From Acidimicrobiia bacterium (GTDB lineage: Bacteria; Actinomycetota; Acidimicrobiia; Spongiisociales; ZC4RG35), in contig JANQRA010000002.1 of the NCBI GenBank assembly GCA_028284765.1, forward strand, positions 101,061-165,060: a stretch of 64,000 bases of DNA, written 5' to 3'. Of the stretch, positions 58,930 through 64,000 are shown one piece after another. Numbering within the stretch: the stretch's first letter is position 1; each line of letters starts with the position of its first letter. A model generated the notes under the pieces. The model was not told the DNA's origin and made no database searches. It was given only the letters and a program-made list of their open reading frames with translations. The position numbers and the translations under genes are program-made.

Positions 58930-60408
58930 TCAGTCGTAGACACCAGCCAAGAAGGCTTTGCCTTGAGCCACCACACATAGAAACGCTCCGGCTGAAGTCA
59001 CGATCTGAAAGCGATCTGCGTCCTTCTCACCTGACCACCATCGACCACTCAGCCTCCACGGGCCACTCCACGTGAGAACCGGCTCCCATCTCGTCCCGAG
59101 ACGAATCCGCGACGGAAGCCCTTCATCCCATTCGATTTCGATAGGCCGTAGCTTCGAGTGGACCAGAGCGGGGGCAGGAGAGGGTGTCGCACCTGGCCAG
59201 GGAGCTTCTTCGTCACGTTCCGGTGAAACAGGCTCTTCACCCCATCGCGACCACGACACTTTCTCAGCAGGCATACGCCCACCCTGGGGAGCAGACTGGA
59301 GGACTGCGTCGGGACCAAGAAGTGCCTGGGCACGCACCAGAGCACGCTCGGTCTCAACAGCAGAGGACTCGTCGCTGAGCAAACCCATCTGACGGCCTTC
59401 GCCAGATAGATCATGTGGAGAGACTCTGAGTGCGGTAACTCCCCCCACCACTCCCGCTGTTTCAACCCAGGCACTCAACTGCCATCGAACCCGGTCGTAG
59501 AGAGCACGCTCGGTCAGAGGTTCCGCGGAGCGCCAAACTCGAACTCTCGGTTTTCCTGTCAGCGGAGTGGCCGCGATCTCAACGGCATGAGGAGCGACTC
59601 CGCTCGACCGCAGACGGGCCAGCAAACGCTCGACAATGTTCCGTCCCGCGAACAGCACGGCATCCATCGCCTCCAGAGGATCTTCGAACTCCATCGAAAC
59701 GGACAACTCTTGTGGGATATCTCTGGGGTCAAGCGCCCGATCCTCACCGCTGGCGAGGCGATGGGCGAGGATCCCTTGATTGCCAAACCTCGAAGCCAGC
59801 GTCTCTCGGGGGAGATTCGTGACTTCTCCAAGAGTCGATATCCCCAGCCATCGGAAAGTGTCGATCATCTCTGTGCCACCCATCGACTCACGCAGCGTCT
59901 CGAGATCGAGACGGGACAGAAAGCCAAGAGTGTCGTCAACGATGTTGGGGTGCCCTGGTTTGGCGACGGCTGCTGCCCAACGGGCAGCAAACGGCCCATC
60001 TGCGATGCCGACAAACTGAGGGGGCTCGGAATCAAGCTTCGTCAGCACACCATCGATGGTCGTCGCCAGCTTCTCCTCACCCCCGTAGTACCTGACTGCG
60101 CCGGCGACCGGCACGAAGAGCAACCCGGGCGAAACCACCTCCACCCTGGGCACCAGGTCTTCGACCGTAAGAACCACCTTCTCGAATCTCCGCGTCTCCT
60201 CTCCAAGGTCACGTATCAAGACCCTGGCGAAAGGCGCAAGGACTTCTGCTTCACGTCGCGGCATCCCCAACCGAACACCGGCTTCGAGCACATCGTCAGT
60301 CGCACCGGTGACACGCTCGTCGACTACGAGGACAGAGTCAGCTGACGAGACGTCCGGCCTGCCCAGTGACCACATCGGGTACCAGACGCAAAGGGCCCTT
60401 GCCTTCAT
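58930..60408 (-). CDS. imuB: ImuB (Y-family polymerase-like, catalytically inactive mutasome subunit)
   Basis: RALCVWYPMWSL... is the ImuB-type N-terminus. About 500 aa, immediately downstream of imuA'. The start is uncertain; the ORF-track start at 60444 and the later in-frame starts all overlap imuA'. Confidence 0.75.
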   Translation of the reverse strand: MKARALCVWYPMWSLGRPDVSSADSVLVVDERVTGATDDVLEAGVRLGMPRREAEVLAPFARVLIRDLGEETRRFEKVVLTVEDLVPRVEVVSPGLLFVPVAGAVRYYGGEEKLATTIDGVLTKLDSEPPQFVGIADGPFAARWAAAVAKPGHPNIVDDTLGFLSRLDLETLRESMGGTEMIDTFRWLGISTLGEVTNLPRETLASRFGNQGILAHRLASGEDRALDPRDIPQELSVSMEFEDPLEAMDAVLFAGRNIVERLLARLRSSGVAPHAVEIAATPLTGKPRVRVWRSAEPLTERALYDRVRWQLSAWVETAGVVGGVTALRVSPHDLSGEGRQMGLLSDESSAVETERALVRAQALLGPDAVLQSAPQGGRMPAEKVSWSRWGEEPVSPERDEEAPWPGATPSPAPALVHSKLRPIEIEWDEGLPSRIRLGTRWEPVLTWSGPWRLSGRWWSGEKDADRFQIVTSAGAFLCVVAQGKAFLAGVYD

Positions 60409-61021
60409 CTTCGACCTCAAAGCGCCGAGTAGCTCCCGACGCACCTTTTCCAGACGCTTCGACGACCAGGCGGCGCCTGGTCAACTTGCCATGACCTCGA
60501 TCAGCTCCCTCCCAGGTGACCCCCAACACTCTGAGCCGGACAAAGGCAACACCAGCTGGCAAACGACCTCCCATTGGTCTCATGGCGACTGCAACTCGTC
60601 GCGCACGGGCTATCGCCCCCAGCCTTCGCAACTCTCTTTCCTTGATGCCGGCGGGCACCTCTATGTACATCGCCTGCACACCTTCGAGAAGAGCTGACGC
60701 CACTTTGGGCCAGAGATGAGGTGAGCCACATCGGACCACGACCATGCGCTCCGAAACGACCCCCGTCTCCCATGCAGCCTCGGGTGAGATCAACCCTCTG
60801 CTGTCAACCACGACAACCGTGTGCGATCGAGAGAATGGTGCGAGTTGACCCAAACCCATCCGGGTCAGACCCGAGCCGGGATCACCCACCAGTTCAGTTA
60901 CCTGCCCCGATCGGAGCTGGAGCAGATCTCGCTGATCCCCCCACTCCACACCAGGTGAAGCGAGATCGATTTGACCGGTCGTTAGACCTTCGATGCCCAA
61001 AGTGACTCCAATTTCGGGCAA
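60338..61021 (-). CDS. imuA: ImuA' (RecA-fold SulA/ImuA-like mutasome subunit)
   Basis: 227 aa with ...VTELVGDPGSGLTRMGLGQL.. (a degenerate P-loop). It is preceded by a LexA box and followed by imuB. Confidence 0.65.
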   Translation of the reverse strand: MPEIGVTLGIEGLTTGQIDLASPGVEWGDQRDLLQLRSGQVTELVGDPGSGLTRMGLGQLAPFSRSHTVVVVDSRGLISPEAAWETGVVSERMVVVRCGSPHLWPKVASALLEGVQAMYIEVPAGIKERELRRLGAIARARRVAVAMRPMGGRLPAGVAFVRLRVLGVTWEGADRGHGKLTRRRLVVEASGKGASGATRRFEVEDEGKGPLRLVPDVVTGQAGRLVS

Positions 61022-61030
61022 TCCATCATA

Positions 61031-61046
61031 CCGAACATATGTTCGA
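61031..61046. promoter_or_regulatory. LexA (SOS/Cheo-type) box CCGAACATATGTTCGA 10 bp upstream of the imuA' start
   Basis: GAAC-N4-GTTC. The 22-mer is identical to the one at dnaE2. Confidence 0.8.
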
Positions 61047-61117
61047 TCACAAGTAGTGATGCCCGAAGCGCGAAAACCCGCTCTCTAGAATCGAATCGAC
61101 CTTCGAGGAGAACACAC

Positions 61118-61570
61118 TTGACCGACGAATACGGCGTCCCTGAACTGCCCGAGGACGAAAAGGCACTACCCGAGATCCAGGATGAGCACGACGATCAATC
61201 GGTGCTCGAAGGAGCCGGAGACTTCACCAGCGGAGAAGGCTTGGTCGCCTTTGCCGGCATGATCCTCATCGCGGTCTGGATCATCTTCGACCTCTTGATC
61301 AACAACTACGGCATGGACAACACCATTGCCGTCATTGCCTCACTGGCTGTGATACTCCCCCGGCTGGACCGTGAGAAACTAGAAAAGATCCAGCGTCTGC
61401 CCGTCCTCATGAAGATCGTCGGATGGGCTCTCGCCATATTCGGATTGATCGAGTTCGCCACTGATGTGCGTGGCGGTCAACTCGATGAGTTCGGAATTGT
61501 CATTGCGGCCCTCATCGCATACGCCGCCTACGTCATGGCATTCATAGGTGCCCGCCAGATCGAGATTTAA
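61118..61570 (+). CDS. Hypothetical membrane protein (acidic N-terminus, 3-4 TM)
   Basis: TTG start. Divergent from imuA'. Confidence 0.4.
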   Translation: MTDEYGVPELPEDEKALPEIQDEHDDQSVLEGAGDFTSGEGLVAFAGMILIAVWIIFDLLINNYGMDNTIAVIASLAVILPRLDREKLEKIQRLPVLMKIVGWALAIFGLIEFATDVRGGQLDEFGIVIAALIAYAAYVMAFIGARQIEI

Positions 61571-61650
61571 GTGAAGGCTTACGCCGCTCGATACATCAAA
61601 GGGATCTCGACTCCTCAGAGTCGAGGACCAAACCTCTGACATAGGCCCGA

Positions 61651-62022
61651 ATGCCGCGAATACTCGTCGCTGACGACACAGAGACCATCAGGATGTTGTT
61701 GTCCGTAGCCCTCCAAGCTGAGGGCTACTCAGTCGTGACAGCCCCCAACGGATCTGAGGCGTACTCCACCGGCATCGAACAAAAGATCGACCTGGCGATC
61801 CTCGACCATCTGATGCCCGGACTCCTGGGGCTAGAGGTACTCGAAAAGTGGGTCGCGGAAGGAATCACTTTCCCGGTGATAATGCTCAGCGGAGTCGACG
61901 AAGAGGCAACAGTCCTCGAGTGTCTTCGGATGGGCGCGACCGACTTCGTTCGAAAGCCGTTTCGCGTAAACGAACTGATCGCTCGCATCTCCCTAGCCCT
62001 GAGTCGCCAACACTCAATCTGA
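61651..62022 (+). CDS. Single-domain response regulator (CheY-like receiver)
   Basis: ILVADDTETIRMLL...DLAILDHLMPGLLG...ATDFVRKPF. Confidence 0.85.
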   Translation: MPRILVADDTETIRMLLSVALQAEGYSVVTAPNGSEAYSTGIEQKIDLAILDHLMPGLLGLEVLEKWVAEGITFPVIMLSGVDEEATVLECLRMGATDFVRKPFRVNELIARISLALSRQHSI

Positions 62023-62052
62023 CACCAGAACGTTCCGATAAACCAGGGACAA

Positions 62053-63195
62053 ATGACAGGCTTGGAGATTCTGCGTCTCACGGTCATCCTCATCTTCGCC
62101 AGCAACGCCGTCTTACTCACGGTGCTGCTGACGTACAAGGGACTCAACCGAAGACGGACCCTCGCGCACGCTCGTCGGCGAAGCGCCTACATCGCTGTGC
62201 TCAGCCAGCACCTGTCCGCATCGGGTGAGGGCGTGAGACTTGGCAAGCGTGTAGCCGAGGATGAGGCCTTCCTCGACGCGGTCATTGACCTTCGGACAGT
62301 CCTGGTCGGACAGGAGGCATCCGAGATCACGGACCTCGTCGACCGGTACGGAATCTCAGAACAACAGGCCGCCAAACTCGATGACAGCAGGAATGTGGGG
62401 CAGAGACTTCGCGCCGCGGTGGCTCTTGCGGAGCTCGCCGATGAGTCCGCAGCTCACGTTCTTCTTGATCATCTGACAGACAAAGAGCCAGAGATCCGAA
62501 TCCAATGCGCACGCGGCCTTGCACGCATGCGCTGGACCCCAGCCATCGGCGTGATCCTCAAACAACTCGAACACGAGACACCGTGGGTCAGGTCGAGATT
62601 TGCAGACAGTCTGATCACCTTCGGACCAAGTGCCACCTGGCCTCTGATCGCCTACATCAAGAGCAACCATCGACTGGGAAACCGAGGCGTTCCCACCGCA
62701 ATTAGGACCCTTGCTGCTATCGGCGACCCAGAAGCAATCGGCCCAACCATCGAAATACTGGACGACGCCAACGACATCGAGATCCAGCTAGCTGCGGTCG
62801 AAACCCTCGGAGTGTTGGGCGTCGGACCGGACATCTATCCGATAGAGAAAGCTGCTAGATCGGAGGATTGGAGACTACGAGCGAAGGCGTCCAAGGCACT
62901 AAGTGGCATCAACGACGAGGCGATACTGCCAACGCTCGCAATCGGGCTCCATGACATCAACTGGTGGGTGAGGCGGAACGCAGCCGGGGCGTTGGCATCC
63001 ACTCTCCAGGGCCGTGAGATCCTCTACTCGACAATCCTCGGGGACGACGCCCACGCCAGGGACGCGGCTGCCGAGGCCCTGGCTGACGCCGGGGAAGTCA
63101 TCGCCGCACGAGAGAGGATTGCCAATGGCCTTGGGGCCACACGAGACTTCGATCTGATCGAGTATGTGGAGGGCCGAAAGGTGCTGACAACCTGA
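62053..63195 (+). CDS. HEAT-repeat (PBS lyase-like) protein with an N-terminal TM anchor
   Basis: Repeated ...RLRAAVALAEL..D..A...L...L.D....VR..AA.AL... units. Its stop overlaps the next ATG. Confidence 0.65.
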   Translation: MTGLEILRLTVILIFASNAVLLTVLLTYKGLNRRRTLAHARRRSAYIAVLSQHLSASGEGVRLGKRVAEDEAFLDAVIDLRTVLVGQEASEITDLVDRYGISEQQAAKLDDSRNVGQRLRAAVALAELADESAAHVLLDHLTDKEPEIRIQCARGLARMRWTPAIGVILKQLEHETPWVRSRFADSLITFGPSATWPLIAYIKSNHRLGNRGVPTAIRTLAAIGDPEAIGPTIEILDDANDIEIQLAAVETLGVLGVGPDIYPIEKAARSEDWRLRAKASKALSGINDEAILPTLAIGLHDINWWVRRNAAGALASTLQGREILYSTILGDDAHARDAAAEALADAGEVIAARERIANGLGATRDFDLIEYVEGRKVLTT

Positions 63196-64000
63196 TGCTC
63201 ATCCACGTCATCAAGGTTCTTGGCATAGCCATCCTGGGGTACTTCGTACTGATGAACCTCTATGTCACCACGATCTCGATCCACTCTGCGCTTGCACTTA
63301 GACGAGGTCAGAACCTTCAGCGATACGGGCGGGTCACCGAGATGCTCTCCTCCCGAATGGCACCTCCAGTCTCGATCGTCATACCCGCATACAACGAGGC
63401 AGTCGGCATCGTTGACTCAGTCAGATCGATGTCCATTGTTGGGTACCCGAAGTTCGAGATAGTCATCGCCAATGACGGATCGAAGGACGAAACGCTCGAG
63501 AAGCTGATAGAAGCCTTCGACCTCTCGAAGGTAAAGGTTCCCTATCGGCCCGACATCGAGACCCAGCCGGTGAACGCGATCTACCGAGGCCGCGGAGGCG
63601 TCGAGATCACCGTTGTCGATAAGGAGAATGGCGGGCGTGCCGACGCCCTCAACGCTGGAATCAACGCCGCTCGATACCCGTACGTCCTGTGTACCGACGC
63701 CGACGTCGTCCTGGACGCCGAGTGCCTGATCCGATCGATGCAGCGTGTCGTCGAGGACCGTGAGCGAACAGTGGCAGTCGGAGGAAACATCCGACCGCTG
63801 AACGGCAGCGTCGTGCGCCATGGCCACCTGATCGAATCGCACGTCCCCCGCGGGCTAATCGCACGCTTCCAGGTGCTCGAGTATCTCCGGACCTTCATCG
63901 CCGCGCGACCCGGATGGTCATCGATCAACGCACTCCCCAACGTGTCAGGCGCCTTTGGAGTCTGGAAACGCTCTGCTGTGCTCGCAGTCGGAGGATTCAC
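63195..64000 (+). CDS. Glycosyltransferase family 2, PgaC/IcaA-like processive beta-glycosyltransferase; the 3' end is truncated by the window edge
   Basis: I translated it myself; this incomplete ORF is not in the ORF track. It reads MLIHVIKVLGIAILGYFVLMNLYV...VSIVIPAYNEAVGIVDSVRSM...VIANDGSKDETL...LCTDADVVLD... (DxD). Confidence 0.7.
   Translation, partial: MLIHVIKVLGIAILGYFVLMNLYVTTISIHSALALRRGQNLQRYGRVTEMLSSRMAPPVSIVIPAYNEAVGIVDSVRSMSIVGYPKFEIVIANDGSKDETLEKLIEAFDLSKVKVPYRPDIETQPVNAIYRGRGGVEITVVDKENGGRADALNAGINAARYPYVLCTDADVVLDAECLIRSMQRVVEDRERTVAVGGNIRPLNGSVVRHGHLIESHVPRGLIARFQVLEYLRTFIAARPGWSSINALPNVSGAFGVWKRSAVLAVGGF

Overview
This is a high-GC actinobacterial-type chromosomal window. 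Mycothiol-type DinB, F420-type PPOX enzymes, Lhr, and an imuA'-imuB/dnaE2 arrangement resembling mycobacteria support that assignment. I found no rRNA, tRNA, CRISPR array or transposase/integrase; the window is dense with genes on both strands. The calls that stand out are listed here.

- **CobT/CobS-like pair (277-3349):** a CobT-like VWA protein carrying an N-terminal HExxH motif is translationally coupled to a CobS-like AAA_5 ATPase with atypical Walker motifs. A long-form LOG protein follows.
- **Large identifiable genes:** Lhr helicase; an ABC exporter; a lone ccmF; rarA; valS; and the fused isobutyryl-CoA mutase IcmF.
- **Stress-regulon-like cluster (15.5-19.2 kb):** a USP, a NarL-type response regulator, a GAF histidine kinase, a PNPOx-like protein and a CBS-pair protein. 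It resembles the mycobacterial DosR regulon.
- **Split SOS mutasome:** dnaE2 (26.2-29.6 kb) and imuA'-imuB (58.9-61.0 kb) are each preceded by an identical Cheo-type LexA box (TCGAACATATGTTCGA).
- **XRE-HTH + nucleotidyltransferase-fold gene pair:** it sits 15 bp upstream of dnaE2 in the same orientation and looks like a toxin-antitoxin or defence module.
- **Atypical kinase-like/FkbM-methyltransferase fusion:** it converges on a large LtaS/sulfatase-like membrane enzyme.
- **MoxR operon (38.4-46.2 kb):** a coiled-coil membrane protein with an in-frame (GQGEGE)n tandem repeat, then MoxR, DUF58, and a 1450-aa BatA-like protein with three VWA domains.
- **Other items:** an AroQ-esterase fusion; a LuxR regulator frameshifted at an A-run; several unlisted small membrane ORFs; and a CheY-HEAT-GT2 (PgaC-like) module at the right edge.

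Coordinates follow the supplied ORF track. Many starts are alternative codons (GTG/TTG) and are approximate.
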